Virus record (IMG/VR): IMGVR_UViG_3300025520_000006
Location: 1-58,137 of that record
Reading direction: 5' to 3' (one strand)
DNA length: 58,137 nucleotides
DNA from: a virus
Taxonomy: Duplodnaviria; Caudoviricetes
A program made the position numbers and the translations under genes. A model generated the notes under the pieces. That model made no database searches and was not told where the DNA came from. It saw only the letters and a program-made list of their open reading frames with translations. Below are positions 1 to 7,026 of this stretch, one piece after another; the first letter of the stretch is position 1, and every line of letters starts with the position of its first letter.

Positions 1-128
1 AAAAGCCGATGAAATGCGAGCCCGTCGCCGGGCAGGTGTGGGAGTGGATCTGTCAGGCGCACTGGCGGCAGGTCCGTCGAGATCGCCGGCGCGCCTATGC
101 ACGTGTGCGCAAGATCTGGCATGGCGGA
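1..128. repeat. Terminal direct repeat (circular overlap), left copy
   Basis: 3-128 is identical to 58012-58137; one mismatch at position 2 vs 58011. Confidence 0.97.
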
Positions 129-263
129 GACGGTCGAGGCATGACGCTCGGCGAGATAATGGCGCATCCGAAATGGGGCAACCGTGCCGTTCACCGCGCA
201 GCAAAGGACCGCTTGTGGGAGCGGATCAAGCGCGAGGCGATCGAGCGGGCGGCTGGGATATGA
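9..263 (+). CDS. 3' part of a small Cys/His-containing hypothetical protein that spans the origin (true start ATG 57964)
   Basis: MDERIRCCVPFCRRTHKP at 57964 reads in frame into MKCEPVAGQVWEWICQAHW across the overlap. Confidence 0.75.
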   Translation: MKCEPVAGQVWEWICQAHWRQVRRDRRRAYARVRKIWHGGDGRGMTLGEIMAHPKWGNRAVHRAAKDRLWERIKREAIERAAGI

Positions 264-275
264 GGCGGCGGGGCA

Positions 276-959
276 ATGAGCAAATCTGACAGGCGCGGCG
301 CAAAAAAAATCATAAATGACGAATTGGCGAGAATGGTCAAACATGGTGGCATTTCAGCTATTAAGTCGGCGCGGCGCGCTAATCTGACGGGGCAAAAGTC
401 AGATCAAAAGCTAACGTTGTCAGATTATGAGATTGCGCTGATCACCGAGTCAGCGGACGTGCCAGGCCGTCTCAGCGAAGAAAGGGCGGCGCTCCTCCTC
501 GCCGGCATCGTCATCAGCGCAGAGCCAGCTCAATGGTCTATCCATCATGTCAGGGTTCGGCTTAAGGAGGCCGCGCGCGGGTGTGAGAGGATAGTCGGCA
601 GGGTCGGGCCGAGAGCCGATCGCGGTTTTTGGCCGGCAACCATCACGGAGTGGGCGGACAAAGTGAGCCGCCTCTCCGGGGCCGGCCGACCGGTCACGGA
701 AATAGACGCGGCGGGTGATGAGCATGACGTCGCTCGTATCGAAGAAGCGATTCAGTGGCCTATGCGCTATCTTTCGAAGCCTGGTCTCGAGACGGTAATC
801 AAGACGGTGCAAATGTGGATGTGGTGTGAAGCCGTCGATGAAGCGTTCCAGGACTTCTACAAGGGCCTCGGTGCCTCGCGCCGAACCGCCTATCGTCGCC
901 TTGATGATGGATTCAGGCAGATCCTCGACGGTGTGATCGCCGATGGCGTCGATCTCTAA
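276..959 (+). CDS. Putative late-gene regulator (DUF6362-like, C-terminal HTH-like segment)
   Basis: Last early gene before the late operon; C-terminal LGASRRTAYRR HTH-like motif; Q-like position. Confidence 0.55.
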   Translation: MSKSDRRGAKKIINDELARMVKHGGISAIKSARRANLTGQKSDQKLTLSDYEIALITESADVPGRLSEERAALLLAGIVISAEPAQWSIHHVRVRLKEAARGCERIVGRVGPRADRGFWPATITEWADKVSRLSGAGRPVTEIDAAGDEHDVARIEEAIQWPMRYLSKPGLETVIKTVQMWMWCEAVDEAFQDFYKGLGASRRTAYRRLDDGFRQILDGVIADGVDL

Positions 960-1418
960 AAAGTAGCCGCTGAGCGGTTAATGACGGCCAATCATGATGC
1001 TCGATTTTCGCGAATCGGCATCCCTCAAACACCGTTTTTGACGCGCGCGCGATCATTTCAGCAATCTCTGTCAATACAAAAACAGCAACTGAAACCAACA
1101 AAATATTGTGCGACGCAAACAGATTGATATCAGCAGTTTATAGACTGAATAACGGACGGATATTGCGATGCAGCACAAAAAACAGCTTATACTCTGGCAC
1201 AAAATAGGGCCATCTCGCGCGCATCTCATCCTCCCTTCTTATGCAGTACGCAGACTCGGTCCTGCCGCCGTCCGAGCGGAGCGGGCGCCTCAAGCGCCCC
1301 GCGCAGCGCCTCCAGGTACAGGGAATCGACTCCAGATAATGAATGAAGTTTTGCGCGTTCCGCCTTATACGGAATCTGAAAGGAAAGGCGCGCGCGCCTC
1401 AGCGCGCGCTTTCATGCC

Positions 1419-1775
1419 TTGCGCTTAAAGACGATCAAGTCGCGCCTCAGACCAGCAGAGCAGACACGTGCAACATTCCGCCCAACAGAAGGCGGAAAGA
1501 ACGCAGCCCACTATCAGAGCGAAGCGCATCGTAATTGGCGGCTCGCCGTTCTTAGAAGGGACGGGTTCGCTTGCGTTAAGTGCGGCGCGCATGGTCACGG
1601 CGTCCGCTTGATCGCAGACCACAAAATAGAACTGGAAGACGGCGGCGCCGCGCTCGACCCGGATAATGGCGAGACGCTGTGCGTGCCATGTTCGAACGTC
1701 AAAACGGCGCGCGCCAGGCGGGCTAGGCTCGAGTGCACGCCAGCGGCCACCCCCCAGGGGGGATCAAATCTCTAG
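1419..1775 (+). CDS. Packaging-associated HNH endonuclease (HK97 gp74-like)
   Basis: VLRRDGFACVKC...ADHKIEL...N..TLCVPC.N.KT motif; lies upstream of the terminase genes. Confidence 0.85.
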   Translation: MRLKTIKSRLRPAEQTRATFRPTEGGKNAAHYQSEAHRNWRLAVLRRDGFACVKCGAHGHGVRLIADHKIELEDGGAALDPDNGETLCVPCSNVKTARARRARLECTPAATPQGGSNL

Positions 1776-1825
1776 GGCGATGGGGCCAGCCTACCGGTAT
1801 GGGGCTCACGCGGAGATTTTTTTTA
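1745..1825. other. Probable cos/packaging-initiation region
   Basis: G-run, then AAATCTC...ACCG...GAGATTT inverted repeat and a T-run at the 3' end of the HNH gene, the usual layout in HK97-like cos phages; exact cut site not determinable. Confidence 0.5.
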
Positions 1826-1926
1826 GCGTGAGGAAAAATCAGCTCGATCTCTATAACGCGATGAAAAATTGGATTACGGGAATCGTCATGGGCAGCACCG
1901 ACGCCACGCCACGACCGACGACCGAT

Positions 1927-2002
1927 CTGGGCGTAGCTCAGGTGGTAGAACACCGCGCTTGGGACGCGGATGTCGTCGGTACGAGCCCTGCCGCCCAGAC
2001 CA
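1927..2002 (+). tRNA. tRNA-Pro(UGG), possibly degenerate
   Basis: Acceptor CTGGGCG/CGCCCAG, anticodon arm CCGCG-CT TGG GA-CGCGG, encoded CCA; T-loop is TACGAGC and the D and T stems have mismatches. Confidence 0.8.
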
Positions 2003-2026
2003 TCATTCGACAGCAACACTAGACGA

Positions 2027-2044
2027 TCCGGCTTCGTCTAGCGG
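2027..2044 (+). pseudogene. 5' fragment of split tRNA-Gln(UUG)
   Basis: TCCGGCT-TC-GTCT-AGCGG; the first 7 nt are perfectly complementary to AGCCGGA at 2652-2658. Confidence 0.75.
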
Positions 2045-2060
2045 CGGTGCCTAAGAGTTT

Positions 2061-2136
2061 TCTGGGGTCGCCTAATTGGTAGGGCAACTGACTTTGAATC
2101 AGGAGGTTGGGGGTTCGAGCCCCTCCCCCAGAACCA
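2061..2136 (+). tRNA. tRNA-Gln(UUG), intact
   Basis: Acceptor TCTGGGG/CCCCAGA, anticodon loop CT TTG AA, GGTTCGAGCCC T-arm, CCA end, 76 nt. Confidence 0.9.
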
Positions 2137-2624
2137 AAACATGCAAGAAATGCGGCTTGCTCAAGCCGCTCGCCGACTATGCTATCGATAGAAAGGCGAA
2201 AGACGGTCGTCAGGGCTGGTGCCGGCCATGCAAGGTTATATCAGTGGGTGCCGCACCTAGCGCCAAGACCCGTTGCCGGTCTCGAAGAACTAAAGAACAA
2301 GGGCGCGCGCGTTATCACCGAGAGAAGTTGCGCTTCAATATCGGGCGGCGCATTCGGGCTTCGATCGCGGGGGCAAAAACAGCGAGTTGGCCTTCGGTTC
2401 TCGGGTATGGCGTTGCCGAGTTGCAAGCTCATCTTGAAGGCCTATTCAAACCAGGGATGTCGTGGGAAAATTACGGCATTCACTGGCACATAGACCATCG
2501 AAGGCCGGTTGCTAGTTTTGGGGCGATGGCGATCGGCGACGAGATGTTCTCGGAGTGCTGGGCGCTGTCGAACCTGCAACCACTTGAAGCGGTAGAAAAT
2601 CTTCGAAAGGGTTGCCGCCTTTGA
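2076..2624 (+). CDS. HNH homing-endonuclease-like protein with N-terminal zinc-binding motif
   Basis: CKKC...WCRPC pair, then WHIDHRRPVASF...CWALSNLQPLEAVENLRKG; the only in-frame starts upstream of the Cys motif are TTGs inside the tRNA. Confidence 0.8.
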   Translation: MVGQLTLNQEVGGSSPSPRTKTCKKCGLLKPLADYAIDRKAKDGRQGWCRPCKVISVGAAPSAKTRCRSRRTKEQGRARYHREKLRFNIGRRIRASIAGAKTASWPSVLGYGVAELQAHLEGLFKPGMSWENYGIHWHIDHRRPVASFGAMAIGDEMFSECWALSNLQPLEAVENLRKGCRL

Positions 2625-2662
2625 AGCGGCAGACCTTGGTTCGAATCCAGGAGCCGGAGCCA
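2614..2662 (+). pseudogene. 3' fragment of split tRNA-Gln(UUG)
   Basis: GCCGC-CT TTG AA-GCGGC anticodon arm, CTTGG-TTCGAAT-CCAGG T-arm, AGCCGGA-G-CCA; no acceptor 5' strand immediately upstream. Confidence 0.85.
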
Positions 2663-2664
2663 AT

Positions 2665-2936
2665 TTCCACAGCGACGCTCCTCCGACAGGTTGTGGTCGA
2701 AGATTCTCGGGGCGCATCGGCAGAGTGGAGGGATGGTCTCCTAGATGCCGAAGTGGAGGCGAAACTGGTCAGTAGGCAGAGGTGGGCGGCGACGGTCGCT
2801 GAGAGCTCTGAGTGAGCGCTGCCAAATGCCAGCCACACTCGCGGTCCTTAGCCGCCGCAACAGGGCCGCGGCGCCGCCAGCTGGGAAACCGCTGGCGGAG
2901 AGATTCGGTCTCCCCCTCTGCTTCGGCATGGGGAGG
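2665..2936 (+). ncRNA. Unassigned multi-hairpin structured RNA (element A)
   Basis: Successive stems CCACAGC/GTTGTGG, TCGGCA/TGCCGA, CGCGGTCCT/AGGGCCGCG, CCGCCAGC/GCTGGCGG (GAAA loop), CTCCCC/GGGGAG (TTCG loop); no credible ORF. Confidence 0.55.
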
Positions 2937-2939
2937 CTT

Positions 2940-3013
2940 GCGGAAGTAGCTCAGTGGTAGAGCAGCGGCCACCTAGTCGCGTGTCGTTGGTTCAATCCCA
3001 ACCTTCCGCTCCA
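2940..3013 (+). tRNA. tRNA-Gly-like RNA with aberrant 6-nt anticodon loop
   Basis: GCGGAAG/CTTCCGC acceptor, U discriminator, CCA, perfect D and T arms; loop CACCTA between GCGGC and GTCGC. Confidence 0.75.
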
Positions 3014-3014
3014 A

Positions 3015-3118
3015 GTTCGAGATGAGGCGGTTCCGTGAGGAACTCGCGCTGCTCGGCCAGCGTCACCTGGCCGGCTTAAGGCTGAATGGGCGTGACGGCT
3101 CGATCGGCCATCTCGAAT
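3015..3118 (+). ncRNA. Unassigned pseudoknotted RNA (element B)
   Basis: Closing stem 3015-3024/3109-3118; GTTCC-GTGA-GGAAC hairpin; loop CGTCAC (3061-3066) complementary to GTGACG (3092-3097). Confidence 0.6.
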
Positions 3119-3123
3119 TCAAT

Positions 3124-3241
3124 TTCGCTGCGGGTTCCAAGCGCCCGCGGATCCCGGCATTCAGACCTGGGCGCGCGAATGGCCCTACGCCGCAAGCAGA
3201 GGTCGCCGGGGCAATTCGAGCGCTGTGAGGACCGCAGCGAA
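3124..3241 (+). ncRNA. Unassigned multi-stem RNA (element C)
   Basis: 10-bp closing stem TTCGCTGCGG/CCGCAGCGAA with nested AGCGC/GCGCT, CCCGGC/GCCGGG and GACCT/AGGTC. Confidence 0.6.
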
Positions 3242-3510
3242 TGATGTTCTACGTCGGCAAGATGGTTGACGAGAGATACCGGTTTCGCCCAATCGCGACT
3301 GCGCAGTTTGTCCGAAAAGGAACGGTCGCTGACCTCTGGTTCGCCGGCGGTAAAATCTATCGCGCGGTGTGGCGCTCAAACGGCCGATGCGTCGCATGGT
3401 TCATGGAGCCTGGACAGCGACGAAAGAAGCCCGCCGGATTGTATGATCCAGAGGCGTGGCGACCGGTAGCTCTTGGCATTGGCGATGGCGGACGGCGGCA
3501 ACGCGGCTAA
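3241..3510 (+). CDS. Hypothetical protein
   Basis: ATG with GAGGA upstream; ends 10 nt before terS. Confidence 0.5.
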   Translation: MMFYVGKMVDERYRFRPIATAQFVRKGTVADLWFAGGKIYRAVWRSNGRCVAWFMEPGQRRKKPAGLYDPEAWRPVALGIGDGGRRQRG

Positions 3511-3519
3511 CGGTGAACG

Positions 3520-3969
3520 ATGACAGTGAAGAAACGCGGTCGGCCGGCGTTCAAGCCGACGCCGGCCATTCGCCGAAAGGTCGAGCAGTGCGTATTCGGC
3601 GGAATGCCGAAGACCGAAATCGCCGCCGGGCTCGGCATCGACGAAAACACGCTGCGGAAGCATTTCGAGCACGAGCTCCACATCGGATTGAGCCGCCGCC
3701 GAGTCGAGGTTCTGGACTTGCTTTTCAGCGCAGCCCGCAAAGGCAACGTGACGGCGCAGAAGAAGCTCGAGGAGATGGGCGCGCGCGCCGCCGCAGAAGC
3801 CAACTTTCACGATCGGCCTGAAAATGAGCCTCGCCAGGCAGACGCCGTCTCGAAGGCGCCGAAGCTCGGGAAGAAGGAATCGCAGCAGATCGAAGCAGAA
3901 AATGCCGGCCTCGGCACGGATTGGGGTGACGATCTGCACATTGGCGCCGGCGGCCGTCTACCGAACTGA
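3520..3969 (+). CDS. terS: Terminase small subunit
   Basis: N-terminal RGRP plus HTH (EIAAGLGIDENTLRKHF); overlaps the terL start. Confidence 0.8.
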   Translation: MTVKKRGRPAFKPTPAIRRKVEQCVFGGMPKTEIAAGLGIDENTLRKHFEHELHIGLSRRRVEVLDLLFSAARKGNVTAQKKLEEMGARAAAEANFHDRPENEPRQADAVSKAPKLGKKESQQIEAENAGLGTDWGDDLHIGAGGRLPN

Positions 3970-5687
3970 TGGCGGACTGGTCAACGGCTTGTCCGGATTG
4001 GGAGCGCCGCCTCCTCGCCGGCCAGTCGCTAGTCCCAAATCTCCCGCTTTTCACCGAGGAGGCAGATCGCGCGGAGCGCGTCTTCAAGAGGCTTCGCATC
4101 CCGGATCTTATCGGGACGCCGACGATGGGCGAGGTAGCTGGCCCTTGGCTGTTTCCGATCGTCAGGGCGATTTTCGGATCCTACGACGTCGACACTAATC
4201 GGCGAATGATCCAGGAATTCTTCTGGCTCATCGCGAAGAAGAACACGAAGACCAGTTCCGGCGCCGCGATCATGGTCGAGGCGCTGATCCTCAATCGCCG
4301 GCCAGAAGGTGAGTTCAATCTCGTCAGCGCGACGAAGGAGATAGCTGACATTTCGTTCCGCCAGGCATCTGGAACGATCCGGACTGATCCGGAGCTCGAC
4401 AAGACTTTCCAGGTCCAGAAGCACATTCGAACGATCACGCATCGGAGAACCGGAGCGACGCTAAAGGTCAAAGCTGCCGACACCGACGTGATCACCGGCG
4501 GCAAGGGCTCGACGCTGATTGACGAATTGCATGTCCTTGGATCGAAGAAGGACGCAGCAGACATCCTCGTCGAGATCCGCGGCGCGCTGGCGGCGCGTCC
4601 TGACGGCTTCCTGATCATCATCACCACGCAGTCGAAGGCGCCGCCGGAAGGCGTCTTCAAGAGCGAGCTCGGCAAGGCCCGCCTCGTGCGCGACGGTAAG
4701 CTGTCGCTGCCGCTTCTTCCGATCCTTTACGAACTGCCGGGGCGGCTCCAAGACGGCGACGGCTGGAAGGATCGCCGCTACTGGTCGGCTGTTAATCCGA
4801 ATCTGGGGCGCTCGGTCGACGAGGCGTTTCTCGAACGGTCGCTGCTGACGGCGGAGATCGAGGGCAAAGAAGAGCTGGCGCTCTTCGCCTCGCAACATTT
4901 CAATGTCGAGATCGGCTTGAAAATGAGATCGGATCGATGGGCCGGCACCGATTATTGGGAGAAGGCTGTCGAACCAGCGGTGACGCTCAAGCGAATCCTC
5001 GAATGCTGCGAAGTCATCACGATTGGCATCGATGGCGGTGGTCTCGATGATCTGCTGAGCCTCTATGTCATCGGGCGCGAGGCTACACCGAATAAGGACG
5101 TCAGGTTCCGCCGCTGGTTCGGATGGGGACACTCCTGGGCATTTAGCGATCCCGTAAACAAGGGCGGCGTATTGGAGCGACGTAAATCGGAAGTCGCGAA
5201 GCTGCGCGATTTCGAGGCGGTTGGCGAACTGACAATCTTCACGCGCATGGGCGACGACATCGAGGAGATGGTCGCCATCATCAAGACGGTCTTCGATTCC
5301 GGTAAGCTGGCAATGATTGGGCTCGATCCCGTTGGCGTCGGGGCCGTCGTGGACGCGATCGCCGATGCCGAGATCCGGAGCGACGGCGACGAAGAGATGA
5401 TCGTCGCGGTTTCGCAGGGCTACAAGCTGATGGGCGCCATCAAGACGGCGGAACGCAAGCTCGCCGACGGAACGCTCGTGCCCGCGGAGCAAGCCATCAT
5501 GGCGTGGGCGGTCGGCAATGCCCGCAACGAGCAAAAAGGCAACGCCATGATGATCACGAAGCAAGCGAGCGGAACGGCCAAGATCGATCCGCTCATGGCG
5601 ATGTTTGACGCGATCGCGCTTATGAGCACAAATCCAGAAGCTTCGGACGCCATTCCAGACGATTATGAACTGGCGGTGTGGGCGTGA
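3969..5687 (+). CDS. terL: Terminase large subunit
   Basis: Walker A-like KKNTKT, Walker B LIDELH, ITTQS coupling motif, GIDGGGLDDL nuclease motif, KIDPLMA. Confidence 0.95.
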   Translation: MADWSTACPDWERRLLAGQSLVPNLPLFTEEADRAERVFKRLRIPDLIGTPTMGEVAGPWLFPIVRAIFGSYDVDTNRRMIQEFFWLIAKKNTKTSSGAAIMVEALILNRRPEGEFNLVSATKEIADISFRQASGTIRTDPELDKTFQVQKHIRTITHRRTGATLKVKAADTDVITGGKGSTLIDELHVLGSKKDAADILVEIRGALAARPDGFLIIITTQSKAPPEGVFKSELGKARLVRDGKLSLPLLPILYELPGRLQDGDGWKDRRYWSAVNPNLGRSVDEAFLERSLLTAEIEGKEELALFASQHFNVEIGLKMRSDRWAGTDYWEKAVEPAVTLKRILECCEVITIGIDGGGLDDLLSLYVIGREATPNKDVRFRRWFGWGHSWAFSDPVNKGGVLERRKSEVAKLRDFEAVGELTIFTRMGDDIEEMVAIIKTVFDSGKLAMIGLDPVGVGAVVDAIADAEIRSDGDEEMIVAVSQGYKLMGAIKTAERKLADGTLVPAEQAIMAWAVGNARNEQKGNAMMITKQASGTAKIDPLMAMFDAIALMSTNPEASDAIPDDYELAVWA

Positions 5688-7012
5688 AATTCTGGCAAGG
5701 TTGGTTTGGCGGCGCCGAGGCCTCGGATGACCGCTATATCGACGACTGGCTCAAAGGCATGGAACGCGGAATCGCGTCCGCGACTGGTCTGCGCGTGACT
5801 GTCGAGAACGCGTTGACGGTGCCGGGAATCTCTGGCTGCGTTCAGGTGCAATCCGAGGACATCGCCAAAGTTCCGTTGGAACTCAAGCGGCGGTCCGACG
5901 ATGGCTATGCGCCTGCGACCGAACACCGACTGTATTCGCTTCTGAAATATGGTCCGGCGCCGTGGCTCTCGCCCTATAAGTGGCGAAAGGCGATGGCGCA
6001 TGTTGTCATGACCAGAGGCAACGCCTATTCGCGCGTCTGGCGCGACAGCATTGGCATGACCGAGAAAATCACGCCGGTCCAAACCGGCCGTTGCTCGGTG
6101 CGATGGGCGGATGACGGCGAACCCTTCTTCGACATCACATTGAAAGGCGTCGTCGAGCGCGGATTGACCTGGCAAGACGTTATCCACGTCGGATACCGCG
6201 ACTCCGATCAATGCGCCGAAAACGGCGGCGTCATCGGCGTTTCGCCGATTGAGCAGAACAAGGAGACGGTGGCACTGATGATCGCGGCGGAGCGCTTCGC
6301 CGCGGCATTCTTCGCGAACGGCGCGCAACCGTCGATGATTCTCGAATATGACAAGAAGCTGCCTAATGACGAAGTCGCGAAGCGCATCCGCGCCGGCATT
6401 GAACGCGTCTATGGCGGGCTCGACAACAAATGGAAGGTCGCGATCCTCGAACTGGGGATCAAGATGCGCGAGACATCATTCGATCCGGCGAAAACGCAGC
6501 TGGTCGAAACCCGCAAGCTCGGCGGCGAGATGGCCTGCACGATGTTCCGCACGCCGCCGCACAAGATTGGCATTCTCGATAAGGCGACATTCTCAAATAT
6601 CGAGCAACAAAGCATCGACTATGTGACTGGGCCGCTTTCGTCGCTCGCCAAGTCGATCGAGTCGGCAATCACGATCGCGTGCCTGACGCCGCCGGAGCGC
6701 GAGATTTACAAGGTCGAACACAATCTCGAAGGCCTGATGCGCGGCGATCTGCTCAGCCGTTATCGCGCCTATGCTATGGGTCGTCAGTGGGGCTGGCTGT
6801 CGGTCAATGATGTGCGCGACCGCGAGAATGAAAATCGCATTGGGCCGCAGGGCGACGAATATCTTGTGCCGCTCAATATGATCCCGGCGAACGACGCCAA
6901 GCCGGACACGCCGGACCAGCGCGATGATCAAAACGCATGGATGGCGGGCGATGTCCGCTATGCGCTTCCGCAGGCGGCTGCGAAGGCCATGCGCATCTCC
7001 CCCACGATCTGA
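5678..7012 (+). CDS. HK97-family portal protein
   Basis: GNAY, GVSPI, FFANGAQP, PPHKIG..ATFSNIEQQ, NDVRDREN motifs. Confidence 0.95.
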   Translation: MGVKFWQGWFGGAEASDDRYIDDWLKGMERGIASATGLRVTVENALTVPGISGCVQVQSEDIAKVPLELKRRSDDGYAPATEHRLYSLLKYGPAPWLSPYKWRKAMAHVVMTRGNAYSRVWRDSIGMTEKITPVQTGRCSVRWADDGEPFFDITLKGVVERGLTWQDVIHVGYRDSDQCAENGGVIGVSPIEQNKETVALMIAAERFAAAFFANGAQPSMILEYDKKLPNDEVAKRIRAGIERVYGGLDNKWKVAILELGIKMRETSFDPAKTQLVETRKLGGEMACTMFRTPPHKIGILDKATFSNIEQQSIDYVTGPLSSLAKSIESAITIACLTPPEREIYKVEHNLEGLMRGDLLSRYRAYAMGRQWGWLSVNDVRDRENENRIGPQGDEYLVPLNMIPANDAKPDTPDQRDDQNAWMAGDVRYALPQAAAKAMRISPTI

Positions 7013-7026
7013 ACTGAGGTCACACC

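Noticed and set aside
1-128. Biological terminal repeat (T7-like)
   Set aside because: It falls mid-gene, has k-mer-like length, and a cos-like site exists elsewhere.
1195-1212. Sigma54 promoter at TGGCAC
   Set aside because: The -12 TTGC element is absent at the required spacing.
1896-1926. Short CCACG/CCGACG repeats before tRNA-Pro
   Set aside because: Too short and irregular to support a feature; may be low-complexity leader sequence.
2045-2613. Group I intron in tRNA-Gln
   Set aside because: The insertion is in the D-arm, no P7/catalytic core is recognisable, the insert is almost fully occupied by a tRNA and an ORF, and joining the halves does not restore the 3' D-stem strand.
3015-3118. 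Hammerhead, HDV/theta ribozyme or SRP RNA assignment
   Set aside because: GATGAG and GAATGGG are suggestive, but the CUGAUGA/GAAA core, the HDV nested double pseudoknot and the SRP GGAAG/AGCAG motif could not be fitted.
4230-4256. Inactive terminase due to Walker A KKNTKT
   Set aside because: KKN(G/S/T)K(S/T) variants occur in this terminase group and all other motifs are intact.
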